Positions 20,004-30,959 of a stretch of DNA of 64,000 bases are shown here, piece by piece. This DNA is from Thermoproteota archaeon. Its GTDB lineage: Archaea; Asgardarchaeota; Njordarchaeia; Njordarchaeales; Panguiarchaeaceae. The position numbers were made by a program, and so were the translations under genes. The stretch's first letter is position 1. Each line of letters opens with the position of its first letter. The stretch covers positions 128,001 through 192,000 of the forward strand of contig JANJXX010000002.1 in assembly GCA_024720975.1 (NCBI GenBank), given 5' to 3'. The notes beneath the pieces are model-generated. The model had not been told where the DNA came from, searched no databases, and saw only the letters and a program-made list of their open reading frames with translations.

Positions 20004-20486
20004 ATGCCGACATTGAATATTAAAGTGAAAGTAGGAGATACTGAGGTAGAAGTTAAAGCAGATGGTACTTTGGATAAGGAAACTATTCATGCTATTAGGA
20101 GCATCTTAGCCCCTCTCGCGTCTAGAATTCCGTCTGCCGCTGCTGTTAGGGACAATGCTAGTCTGAATAATAACACTGATGACATTGCTGTAAATAGTCA
20201 GGATGCATTTGTGAGGAATGTTAACTTGTATGCCAAATTTAAGGAACTAATGCTTAACGTGTTCAAGCTTGGACAGTGGTTTACGTCTATTGATGCTAAA
20301 GAAGTGTTCCATGATACTTATGGGATCCTTCTGAAGTCGTCAACTGTGACGACATATCTCCGTCGTATGGAGGATGAAGGGCTACTGACGTCTAAGAGAC
20401 AAGGACGCCTATTGCAGTTTAGGATTTCAGCAGTTCCTCTCTATGCAACTCTTGCAGAATCGGAATTTAATGAACTTAAAGCTTAG
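20004..20486 (+). CDS. DNA-binding protein with N-terminal beta-hairpin/helix module and C-terminal winged helix
   Basis: WFTSIDAKEVF...LKSSTVTTYLRRMEDEGLLTSKRQGR wHTH; low-complexity linker. Confidence 0.8.
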   Translation: MPTLNIKVKVGDTEVEVKADGTLDKETIHAIRSILAPLASRIPSAAAVRDNASLNNNTDDIAVNSQDAFVRNVNLYAKFKELMLNVFKLGQWFTSIDAKEVFHDTYGILLKSSTVTTYLRRMEDEGLLTSKRQGRLLQFRISAVPLYATLAESEFNELKA

Positions 20487-20493
20487 GTCTGGT

Positions 20494-22109
<1,616 letters not shown>

Positions 22110-22195
22110 TTATCTTAATTCTCCTTGAATTAACTAGCAGTAGTGTTAATTCTTGATCAATGATACACTACGTACGCATTGATCGGTGAAAGAAA

Positions 22196-23119
22196 GTGGA
22201 GGATGAGGTTAGAGAGCCCGCGGTTGCCGGTTTCTTTTATCCAGGAAGTGTGACGGAACTTATGAAATGTTTAGAGTGGTGTTTTAAACATGAGTTGGGT
22301 CCTCAGAGAACTCCAGGAGAAGTAGAACCATCAGGTAAGTATAGAATAAAAAGTGCTATAGTTCCTCACGCAGGATATATATACTCTGGACCTTGTGCTG
22401 CTCATGTATATGTTACAATAAAAGAAGATCGTGTGCCAGAGACTATAATTATACTAGGACCAAATCACACAGGATATGGTGCGCCAGTTAGTGTATTCCC
22501 CAGGGGCATTTGGCGCACGCCACTCGGAGATACGAAGGTGGATGACACAATAGCAGAAAAGTTGGCTTCAATGGAACCTTTCAAAGCTGATAAGCTTGCG
22601 CATCTTGAAGAACACTCAATAGAGGTTCAAATACCATTCTTGCAATATGTGCTTAATAAGGAATTCAAGATTGTTCCAATTGTCTTAATGGACCAAAGGC
22701 TTCGCACTGCAAGAGAAGTAGCGGGAGCCATTTATGATTTGATGCAAGAAGTTGATAAAGACATCATAGTGCTTGCTAGTAGTGATATGAGTCACTATGT
22801 ATCTCAAAAGTCTGCATATGAGAAGGATTTGAAGGCTCTCGAATACGTTATAAATCTAGATATCGAGGGCTTTTACGATGTTGTCGAGCAGGATAATATA
22901 ACAATCTGTGGTGTTGGGCCCATAGCAGTTGCTGCACTTGTTGCAAAGTCATTTGGTATTCAAGGTGCGCTCCTTAAATATTACACTAGTGGTGACATTT
23001 CTGGGGATAAAACCGCGGTTGTTGGTTATGCGTCGTTAGTGTTTGGAGAGAATCCACCTAGAACTGAGAGATCAAGAGTCAGAAGAGAAAAAATAAAGGA
23101 GGCTCCATTGGTGGCGTGA
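22196..23119 (+). CDS. MEMO1-family protein (AmmeMemoRadiSam protein B)
   Basis: REPAVAGFFYP, PHAGYIYSG, GPNHTG, EHSIEVQIPFLQ, SSDMSHY, ICG. Confidence 0.95.
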   Translation: MEDEVREPAVAGFFYPGSVTELMKCLEWCFKHELGPQRTPGEVEPSGKYRIKSAIVPHAGYIYSGPCAAHVYVTIKEDRVPETIIILGPNHTGYGAPVSVFPRGIWRTPLGDTKVDDTIAEKLASMEPFKADKLAHLEEHSIEVQIPFLQYVLNKEFKIVPIVLMDQRLRTAREVAGAIYDLMQEVDKDIIVLASSDMSHYVSQKSAYEKDLKALEYVINLDIEGFYDVVEQDNITICGVGPIAVAALVAKSFGIQGALLKYYTSGDISGDKTAVVGYASLVFGENPPRTERSRVRREKIKEAPLVA

Positions 23120-23155
23120 TAGCTCTTAATATATGAGATTTTAAGGAAGCACCAG

Positions 23156-23560
23156 GTGAGCGCAATGGGCTTTGGTTTGGAGCTGGAAATAAGGAATGTT
23201 AAACTTAAGGTGCCAACTGAGCAAAAAGGAGGAATTTCAAGATTGACATCATCGCCATTTCCATTTGCTGAGATATTAGTATCTGACGACAAACTCAAGG
23301 CGCGGCTTCTTGCGAGGTTCTCCAACCTGGAGGGCTCTGTACCCTCACTAGATTCTATACTCAGAGCGTTGCAATCCGTGGTTGATTTTGCGGTACCAGT
23401 GTTCATACGGGTAGGTCAGTTCTATGAGTTAAAAATTGATCTCGATAAGAAATTAGTTACCGCGACAGGACTTGCCGATGGAAGAACAAAGACATTTAAA
23501 CTTGAAGATGTTAGGAGATTTAATCTCGGGGAAATTTGGCGTAGGATTTATGAGTTCTAG
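23156..23560 (+). CDS. Hypothetical protein
   Basis: 134-aa ORF with SD, fills the gap between MEMO1 and ABCE1. Confidence 0.65.
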   Translation: MSAMGFGLELEIRNVKLKVPTEQKGGISRLTSSPFPFAEILVSDDKLKARLLARFSNLEGSVPSLDSILRALQSVVDFAVPVFIRVGQFYELKIDLDKKLVTATGLADGRTKTFKLEDVRRFNLGEIWRRIYEF

Positions 23561-25365
23561 TCTCGTGTGTAATAGTACTCTCCCCTAGCTTTTTGTTCTA
23601 TATCCAATCTTGAGCCTATCTTGTTAATTCTTGGCCTATATGTCTCGGGGTCTCTTCTGAATGTTATTCCTAAGTATTTTAAAAAGGTATTCATGCCCTC
23701 GCGAAGGCTTAGTGGTTTCGAAGCTTGGCCTCTAATTCCTGGTTGTCCGTCGAATACGATTATACGATCGCTGAAGTAATCTAGTAAGAGTATATCGTGT
23801 TCAACAACCACGATACAACACTGCTTTCTTTGGGCTAACTCCCTTATCGCTTTGGCTACCAGAAATCTATCCTCGGCTGATATATATGCCCCAGGCTCGT
23901 CAAGTACGTATATTTCGGCATCTCGTGCCAACGTTGTTGCAATAGCTACTCTTTGTAGTTCGCCTCCAGATAACTCATCTAGTCTTCGGTCTAGGATGTA
24001 TTCTAGATCGAAAGGATTGATAACGAAGTTTTTAAACCATGGATCGCTCATAGCTCTTGGATTGACTGATCTAATCTTTTCGTTAACCGTCATCCAATAC
24101 TCATCCCCAAGAAACTCCTGGAGATATTGAGGTTTGTACGACATTATAATGCCGCCTGGTGGTTCATAATTGCCCTCATCGGGTCTGATAATTCCTACTA
24201 GTAACTTCAGGAATGTTGTTTTTCCGATAGCATTAGGACCAGCAATACCAATAACTTCCCCCTTGGTTAGTTGTCCGCTCTCAACAATGAGCTCAAAGTC
24301 ACCTAGTTTTTTCTTCATAGCTGGGTAACTAAGTATAATTTCCTGTCCGATTTCGGGTCTTTCAAATACAGCCTGATGAAACTTTATGGGTGTATCACGG
24401 AAGAGATAGTTCTCAGCGGGATCGTATCCATTTAAGAATACATTTATACCTTCTCTAGCACTTTTAGGCTTTGAAACTATTCCAAAAGCTCCGGGAGTAC
24501 CATAGTACAGGCAGACTTTGTCACTCATGTAGTCAAGCATTGCTAAGTCATGTTCGGCTACTACAACGGTCTTTTTTTGTTCAGACGATAAGTTATATAT
24601 TATGTTTGCAATTCGAAGTCTTTCTCGAATATCTAGATATGACGATGGCTCGTCAAATAGATATACGTCAGCATTTTTTTCAAGTGCTATTGCAATAGCT
24701 AATTTCTGGAGTTCCCCTCCGGCCAGCTCTGTAGTTTTCCTGTTTAGAACTTTATTGAGGAGTAATTCTTCAACGATGATATCCATAATACCGCGTTCGT
24801 CATGTTTTTCCAGTATATTACGCACTGAGTCTTTAACTACGTGTGGTATTGCGTCAACTTGTTGAGGTTTGTAAACAATTCTAAGTCGCTTATTGGCCAG
24901 CGCCTCGAAATAGTTCTGCAATGTAGTACCTCGAAATCTTTCGAGAATTTCGTCCCAATCTAATGACTGCTCATATTTTCCAAAATTGGGTCTAAGCAGG
25001 CCCGCTAGTATCTTCAGAGAGGTGGATTTTCCAGTACCATTTTGTCCGACTAGTCCTGTAACTTCGCCTTCGCTTATCAAAGGTAATCTATACAACTCAA
25101 ATTGGTTTGGACCATACCTGAAGATAAGATCTTTTTCTAGAGGGGCTGGTACGCGAGCGATTTTAATTGCTCGAAAATTACAGGCTCTAACGCACAAACC
25201 GCAACCAATGCATAGGCTTTCGTCTATTATAGGAAAGCCATTTTCGTCCGTGTTAAAGACTTTCTGACCCGAACGCTGTGGTGGACAAATTTTCATACAG
25301 TTATATGGGCATCTCTTAGGATTGCACCTGTCATGGTCTATGATTACCACTCGCTTTTCTTTCAA
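23557..25365 (-). CDS. Ribosome-recycling ATPase ABCE1/Rli1
   Basis: N-terminal FeS domain (CNPKRC, CIGCGLCVRAC); two ABC NBDs (GQNGTGKS, GPNAIGKT, LSGGELQ). Confidence 0.97.
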   Translation of the reverse strand: MKEKRVVIIDHDRCNPKRCPYNCMKICPPQRSGQKVFNTDENGFPIIDESLCIGCGLCVRACNFRAIKIARVPAPLEKDLIFRYGPNQFELYRLPLISEGEVTGLVGQNGTGKSTSLKILAGLLRPNFGKYEQSLDWDEILERFRGTTLQNYFEALANKRLRIVYKPQQVDAIPHVVKDSVRNILEKHDERGIMDIIVEELLLNKVLNRKTTELAGGELQKLAIAIALEKNADVYLFDEPSSYLDIRERLRIANIIYNLSSEQKKTVVVAEHDLAMLDYMSDKVCLYYGTPGAFGIVSKPKSAREGINVFLNGYDPAENYLFRDTPIKFHQAVFERPEIGQEIILSYPAMKKKLGDFELIVESGQLTKGEVIGIAGPNAIGKTTFLKLLVGIIRPDEGNYEPPGGIIMSYKPQYLQEFLGDEYWMTVNEKIRSVNPRAMSDPWFKNFVINPFDLEYILDRRLDELSGGELQRVAIATTLARDAEIYVLDEPGAYISAEDRFLVAKAIRELAQRKQCCIVVVEHDILLLDYFSDRIIVFDGQPGIRGQASKPLSLREGMNTFLKYLGITFRRDPETYRPRINKIGSRLDIEQKARGEYYYTRD

Positions 25366-25448
25366 AATACTCGCACCAGGAATGCGATACTATGATTCTA
25401 CGCAATATATTGACCTATTGTGGGATTAAAAGATCAGGTGAGTGTCAT

Positions 25449-26189
25449 TTGCGCACGATCGTAATTCTGGGTCCAGCCGGGTCTGGAAAGTCTGTCTTGG
25501 CGGGTGCCATAACTCATATGCTGCAGGATATGGGTATGGATGCACTGATACTCAACCTAGACCCAGCGGCAATCACATACCCTTATGATGAACCTGACAT
25601 TGACATTAGGAAGTATGTAAGAACTGAGCGCGTCATTAGGAAATTTAATTTGGGGCCAAATGGTGGCTTGATTGCGTCGATAGATATTGCGGCTAAGTTT
25701 AGTCGTCGGATAAAGCGAGAGATTATAGAGAATGGACCTGAGTATTTGGTGGTGGATACACCTGGCCAACTAGAGATTTTTGTTTTTCGTAATGCTGGAA
25801 TAATTCTTCTTAGAGAGGCAATCTTAAGTATTCCAGATAATAAGTCGTTAGCGGTATTTCTGTTCGATCCTTTTCTATGCTCAGATTTAAATTCGATGTT
25901 ATCTCTGCTTCTACTTGCTGCGAGTGTTTCGTTAAGGATTCAGATGCAGATTCTGGGGGCTTTGACAAAGATTGATATTATTCCAGAGGCAGAAACAAAG
26001 AGAATCTGGAACTTGCTAAGCGATCCAAGGCAAATACTACTGCAAATGCAAGAGAGTAATGTAACCTCACCCATCAGGAAGATAAATCCTTACGCAATAA
26101 AGCTAGATGTATGGCCAGTCTCAGGGATTTCAGGGGAGGGATTAAAAGAATTCTTAACAAAAATAGAGGATCTTCTCGGGGAAGATTAG
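25449..26189 (+). CDS. GPN-loop GTPase
   Basis: GPAGSGKS, NLDPA, LGPNG, DTPGQLE, TKID; TTG 25449 after GGTGA. Confidence 0.93.
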   Translation: MRTIVILGPAGSGKSVLAGAITHMLQDMGMDALILNLDPAAITYPYDEPDIDIRKYVRTERVIRKFNLGPNGGLIASIDIAAKFSRRIKREIIENGPEYLVVDTPGQLEIFVFRNAGIILLREAILSIPDNKSLAVFLFDPFLCSDLNSMLSLLLLAASVSLRIQMQILGALTKIDIIPEAETKRIWNLLSDPRQILLQMQESNVTSPIRKINPYAIKLDVWPVSGISGEGLKEFLTKIEDLLGED

Positions 26190-27724
26190 GGAGTCAAAAA
26201 CTCCTCCTCAATTGCTTCTTTGGCAATTTCGTATAACTCATTTGCATAGTCTAGGCCATGTGTTTCTAGCCAGGTCTTGTACTCCTCAGCTTTCTTGATT
26301 GCCCACTCATATAATTCGCGTGAGATTATACCCTGCTCGAGGTACTTCTCCAATTTTTTCCTGTCGATTATAGTAATATTGTTCTCGTAGGTTCTTACGA
26401 CATCAATTTCTAAGTCTATATATCGTATTGAGTGTGGATAGATCTCTATCGGAGTGTTTATATTGACGTATATTCCTTTAAGCTCAAGATTCATTGAATA
26501 GTATGCCGTCAGAAGCTTTGTGTCTCCCTCCCTGGCCACAGTGATTCCGAAGTCACCAGACTCTCTTGGTGCGTTAATTCCATCATAGTAGCTACCTGAA
26601 GAGAAGCGTCTAAACATTATATATTCGAGGCCGTCATCTGTGTTTTGAGCTTTAATAATTTTTGCGGGGCCTAGAATAATCCTCTTCATCGTTGGCTTTA
26701 TGTGATGTATTGATATCACATCTCCTTTCTTTGGTAGTATATTTTTCCTTATGAAATCGACAGCCAATCTTGAGAGCTCTTCGAAATTAAGACTTTTATA
26801 GTTGCATCCGAGCTCCTCTATAAAATCTATTAGCAAGCTGGGTGCTTTTCCTAGAGTCTTAATCCAGTGGTGTCCTTTGACAGTTGGAGTGACTTCTGAT
26901 CGGATCTTATCAAGCGTCATTTTCGAATTTTGGGGAAAAATTACTGTGAGTATGTTTATGCCTTCTCGTATTTGAGTGAAGGCAGGAATTTTCTCTAAAC
27001 TCTTCTGGAACTCCTCAGCATATTTATGAAGACTTTTGAGCTCGTCACTTATTGCATCGAGAGACGCTTGCATAGCTGAGGTTCTGAAGATTATTCCCCA
27101 GCCGGGCGGCCTTAGAATGTTGCCTATATCGAGAAGTTCGACTTTTCGGGGGCCTTTAATCTTCCTAGATGCCTTAATTATTTCCTTTTGCAGCAAAACA
27201 ACAAACTCGCCGGGTATTGAGATAAATTCCGTGAGGAGAATTCTTTTACTTTTCTGATCGTAGCCCTTTACCTCAACGACAACGAGGTCCCCTTCCTTAT
27301 ATTGTTGTCGGGCTTCCTCGCTTGGTAGGAATCCCTCTTGGTTTATTGAGAATCGTACAATATAACCATCTTTAAGTTTCTGTGTTACTACTCCCCTCCA
27401 GATGCTATTCTTTGCATAAGGTTCCTGATAGGCAATGACGTCGCTGAAATTTTTAAATAGGATCTCTTTAAGCGTGGGTGTAAGGCGCTCCAAACTTTCG
27501 ATTGATGCTCGGGACCCTTTTGCTTGGATATCTATGTGAGGACTCAGGTATTGTAAGCTGTCAAACTTGAATCTTTCGCAGACCTTAGGACTTGGCTGTG
27601 TTATTTCGAAGCCATGTTCCAAAAAAAGTTTAGTTAATGCAGTTGAGTAGGGACCGCGAATCCTTACCCGGATTTTGCTTGTATCAGTTGGAATGTCAAA
27701 CAACCACTTTCCCAAGACAAACAC
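26186..27724 (-). CDS. FAU-1 / RNase E-G-like RNA-binding protein (S1 + DUF402)
   Basis: VRIRGPYSTALTKL, S1 domain, GWGIIFRT, YVNINTPIE, RYIDLEIDVV. Confidence 0.92.
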   Translation of the reverse strand: MFVLGKWLFDIPTDTSKIRVRIRGPYSTALTKLFLEHGFEITQPSPKVCERFKFDSLQYLSPHIDIQAKGSRASIESLERLTPTLKEILFKNFSDVIAYQEPYAKNSIWRGVVTQKLKDGYIVRFSINQEGFLPSEEARQQYKEGDLVVVEVKGYDQKSKRILLTEFISIPGEFVVLLQKEIIKASRKIKGPRKVELLDIGNILRPPGWGIIFRTSAMQASLDAISDELKSLHKYAEEFQKSLEKIPAFTQIREGINILTVIFPQNSKMTLDKIRSEVTPTVKGHHWIKTLGKAPSLLIDFIEELGCNYKSLNFEELSRLAVDFIRKNILPKKGDVISIHHIKPTMKRIILGPAKIIKAQNTDDGLEYIMFRRFSSGSYYDGINAPRESGDFGITVAREGDTKLLTAYYSMNLELKGIYVNINTPIEIYPHSIRYIDLEIDVVRTYENNITIIDRKKLEKYLEQGIISRELYEWAIKKAEEYKTWLETHGLDYANELYEIAKEAIEEEFLTP

Positions 27725-27763
27725 CTTGATATTCTTTCTGCGATGAACTCAGCATTGGACAGT

Positions 27764-28432
27764 TTAGGTGTAGGTCTCGATGTATGAGAGTTTGATATGC
27801 TTATTTATTTCGTCTGGACTTAGCCTCTGGAATCCTTCCTCACGGGATATTATTACAAGGTCTACGCCATCTCCACTAAAAACATCGCGGAGTATAGCTG
27901 ATCTCAAAGCGGTTAGTACCAGTTTAATTGCATCATCGCGTGTTAAATCATCTCTGAATCCATCCTCTAGTACTCCAAGGGCTATGGGAGAACCGCTACC
28001 AGTGGCAATGAATTTTTCTTCTTGCATGCTGCCGGCGTGGTCTAGGAAAACTATATGCGGTCCAGTTGCGTCAACGCCTGCAACTATGAAGTGATTTACG
28101 AAGGGGATCAGTCTCTTAAAGTAGGAATGCATCACATTGGATAATAGGTTAACCAGTTCTAAGACAGTTGGATCTCTTTCAACATTAAGTTTGAAAGTTT
28201 GAGCGCGAGTTTGTAACCATCGAACTAGGACCTGAGCATCCGCAACAGCGCCTGATATCGTCATTGCTATGTAGTTAGTAATTTTATGAATTTTCACAGC
28301 TCTCTTGGAGGCGATTAAATAGCCAGCAGACGCGCGCCGATCAGCACCAAGAATTACTCCCTCCTTAAATACCAAACCTACAGTTGTCGTACCGTGGATG
28401 AGTTTGTTTTTCATTTCGTTGTCGAATGCCAC
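27764..28432 (-). CDS. psmB: 20S proteasome beta subunit
   Basis: Propeptide then HG/TTTVG; GADRRAS; TGSGS; RDVFSG. Confidence 0.96.
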   Translation of the reverse strand: MAFDNEMKNKLIHGTTTVGLVFKEGVILGADRRASAGYLIASKRAVKIHKITNYIAMTISGAVADAQVLVRWLQTRAQTFKLNVERDPTVLELVNLLSNVMHSYFKRLIPFVNHFIVAGVDATGPHIVFLDHAGSMQEEKFIATGSGSPIALGVLEDGFRDDLTRDDAIKLVLTALRSAILRDVFSGDGVDLVIISREEGFQRLSPDEINKHIKLSYIETYT

Positions 28433-28449
28433 GAATATGCACCTATTTT

Positions 28450-29262
28450 TTAACTGTGTTCCTCCTCTTCGGACTCCTCTTTTTCTTCACTTACTGAGAT
28501 TCTTTCCTTCCATTCTTCGAAGATTTTTTTGGCTTCTTCATAGAGCTTTGCTATGCTTGGATGGTCTGCTGTTACGATTGTTGCGGGACTGTCCCTCTTA
28601 ACGTATCCTACCTCAATCTCAATCGGTGGTGATGCTGTACCAAGAGCTATTAGTATAGCTGCAATGGCGTACTTTACTGCATCATCGAATGTTAATTGCT
28701 CAGGAGAGTTCATCTTGAGAATTTCCTCTAAAAATTTCTCTCCCTTCTTTGCGTTTAGTCCTATAACGCCTGCGCGCCATGACACTGTCGAGCCTCCAGG
28801 ATCGCTGAAGAGCAAGCGGGGACCAGAAATATCAACGCCTCCCAGTATTATTGACACGCCTAGTGGCCTAAGGCCGGCGTATAAGGTTGCTTGGTGCATA
28901 ATAGAGCTTATGTATCTTGCAACAACATAAACATCCGGCTTTTCGCTGCCATATACAAATCGTAGAGATGCCGCATACTCTCGTGCATTTTCCACTAGGA
29001 ACATTCCATCTGAACTGTAACCAGCGAATGTTGCAATAATGTTGTCATCGACCTGGAAAACTTTCCTATTTGGCATAAGTAGAACAGACATTTTCCTTTT
29101 TCCTGTGATTATTACACCATCGTTGAATAGTAGACCACAACTGGGGGTTCCCGCTTCAGCCGCTTTTCGTGCATATAATACTTGCAGGATTCTTCCTCTG
29201 GGATCGAAGAGTGTTGCCGATCTATCATAGGCTGTTGCCATTCTTTCTGGTGGGAAAAACAT
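28450..29262 (-). CDS. psmA: 20S proteasome alpha subunit (divergent)
   Basis: AYDRSATLFDPRGRILQVLYA, RPLGVS, DPGG. Confidence 0.93.
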   Translation of the reverse strand: MFFPPERMATAYDRSATLFDPRGRILQVLYARKAAEAGTPSCGLLFNDGVIITGKRKMSVLLMPNRKVFQVDDNIIATFAGYSSDGMFLVENAREYAASLRFVYGSEKPDVYVVARYISSIMHQATLYAGLRPLGVSIILGGVDISGPRLLFSDPGGSTVSWRAGVIGLNAKKGEKFLEEILKMNSPEQLTFDDAVKYAIAAILIALGTASPPIEIEVGYVKRDSPATIVTADHPSIAKLYEEAKKIFEEWKERISVSEEKEESEEEEHS

Positions 29263-29615
29263 TTAATACGCACCTCATTTACCAAATATTCATACGCGCA
29301 ATCTTTTATACTTTATGTTCTCAATCAGTTGAATTGCACTAAATTGTCTTTCTTGTATTATAGCTGATTTAAACTAGAGGAAATTCTCCATTCTTGGTAC
29401 AGCATTCAAATATGTGTTTAAGATAACACAATGTTAGAATTTTACAGCAATTAACTTGGAGTCTATCTAGCAGTCTCGGCGCATCTAATCTAGTCGAAGT
29501 TTTACGGCTGAGTTAAGATACTAGTCATCCTAAAGCAAAATGCTCATTGTTAAGTATAATGCCATAATGATCCCCTCAAATTACGTGATAAAAGGATGTC
29601 ACAAGGAGTACTTTT

Positions 29616-30893
29616 ATGTCTAGAGTAGCAATCTTTGTAAGTGGCTGCTCAATGAATCAGGCCCTGGGGGAAATTATTAAGTCTCTATATCGCGATATGC
29701 TCGTTGATAGCATACAAGAGGCTGATGTGATTATCCTTAACTTGTGTGCAGTGAAAAAACCAACTGAAGATAGGGGCATATCTCTTGCACGCAAGCTAAT
29801 TAGGTCGCAAAAGAAAGTTATAATTACAGGATGTCTTGCAGAATCTGATCCAATTCGCATTAGTAAGTTAGTAAGAGGAGCGCATTTAATAAGTCTTCAG
29901 CATCTGCTTGAATTGCCGCCGGAGGAGTTTATATGCAGAATCAAGGAGGCAGAGAAACCTATAATAAGTACTGGTCTGAGACTTAACATATGCTACCCAT
30001 CAAAACGTATCCTTAGGAATCCCTTGGTGGGCATAGTTCCCATAGCGTTCGGGTGTACTAATTACTGTACGTATTGCTTAGACAAGCGAATATGGGGCTC
30101 CACAAAGAGTATACCTCCTCACATGCTGATTGACGAAGTAAGGAATCTACTTAGAAAAGGCGTTAGGGAGATCAGAATAACAGCGCATGACGTGGCAGCT
30201 TATGGGATTGATATAGGCACAAATCTAGTAGAGTTGTTAGAGAACATCCTAAAGTTTGAAGATGAGTTTATGATACGCATCGGAATGGCATCACCGAATA
30301 CCTTTAGCCAAATTGCTGATGATCTTCTTTCGCTCATGAAAGATGAGGAGCGAATATATAAGTTTATCCACATACCCGTCCAGTCGGGTTCCGATAGAAT
30401 CCTAAGGCTTATGAATAGACCATATACAATCGAAGAATACGTAGAGCTCTTCATGAAAATTAGAAAATTTTTAGGCTCAGAATCTACAATAGCAACCGAC
30501 GTAATAGTAGCATTTCCAACAGAAAGCGAAGATGATCATAAGGCAACGATACGCCTTCTCGAAGAACTTAAGCCTGATATTACAAATCTCTCTCGCTATG
30601 GAGATAGGCCAGGTTGTATGTCGTCAAAAATTAAACCTAAGATCCACAGTGCGGTAGCAAAGCGGCGATCTATTGAGTTGTTTCAAGTTATCAGGAGAAT
30701 CTCGATGGAACAAAATAAGAAATTTATAGGCAGAACTCTAAGGGTGTTATTTTTAGAAAGGCGTGGTGCCTTTCTTGGCAGAGCCTTCAATAATAGGATA
30801 GTATATGTGCAAGACATTGTTGATCTAGGAAACTTCTATTCAGCAAAAATCACAAGAGCCACTTGGAAATCGCTATATGGACGCGTCGAGTAA
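29616..30893 (+). CDS. tRNA methylthiotransferase (MiaB-like, archaeal e-MtaB type)
   Basis: UPF0004 Cys (GCSMN, LCAVK, GCL), CTNYCTYC radical SAM motif, HIPVQSGS, TRAM domain. Confidence 0.92.
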   Translation: MSRVAIFVSGCSMNQALGEIIKSLYRDMLVDSIQEADVIILNLCAVKKPTEDRGISLARKLIRSQKKVIITGCLAESDPIRISKLVRGAHLISLQHLLELPPEEFICRIKEAEKPIISTGLRLNICYPSKRILRNPLVGIVPIAFGCTNYCTYCLDKRIWGSTKSIPPHMLIDEVRNLLRKGVREIRITAHDVAAYGIDIGTNLVELLENILKFEDEFMIRIGMASPNTFSQIADDLLSLMKDEERIYKFIHIPVQSGSDRILRLMNRPYTIEEYVELFMKIRKFLGSESTIATDVIVAFPTESEDDHKATIRLLEELKPDITNLSRYGDRPGCMSSKIKPKIHSAVAKRRSIELFQVIRRISMEQNKKFIGRTLRVLFLERRGAFLGRAFNNRIVYVQDIVDLGNFYSAKITRATWKSLYGRVE

Positions 30894-30959
30894 TTTCACT
30901 GGTGTGGTTTTTAAATTAGAGCTGAGTTTTATCCCTGTCATTAATATAGGATTCTAGAG

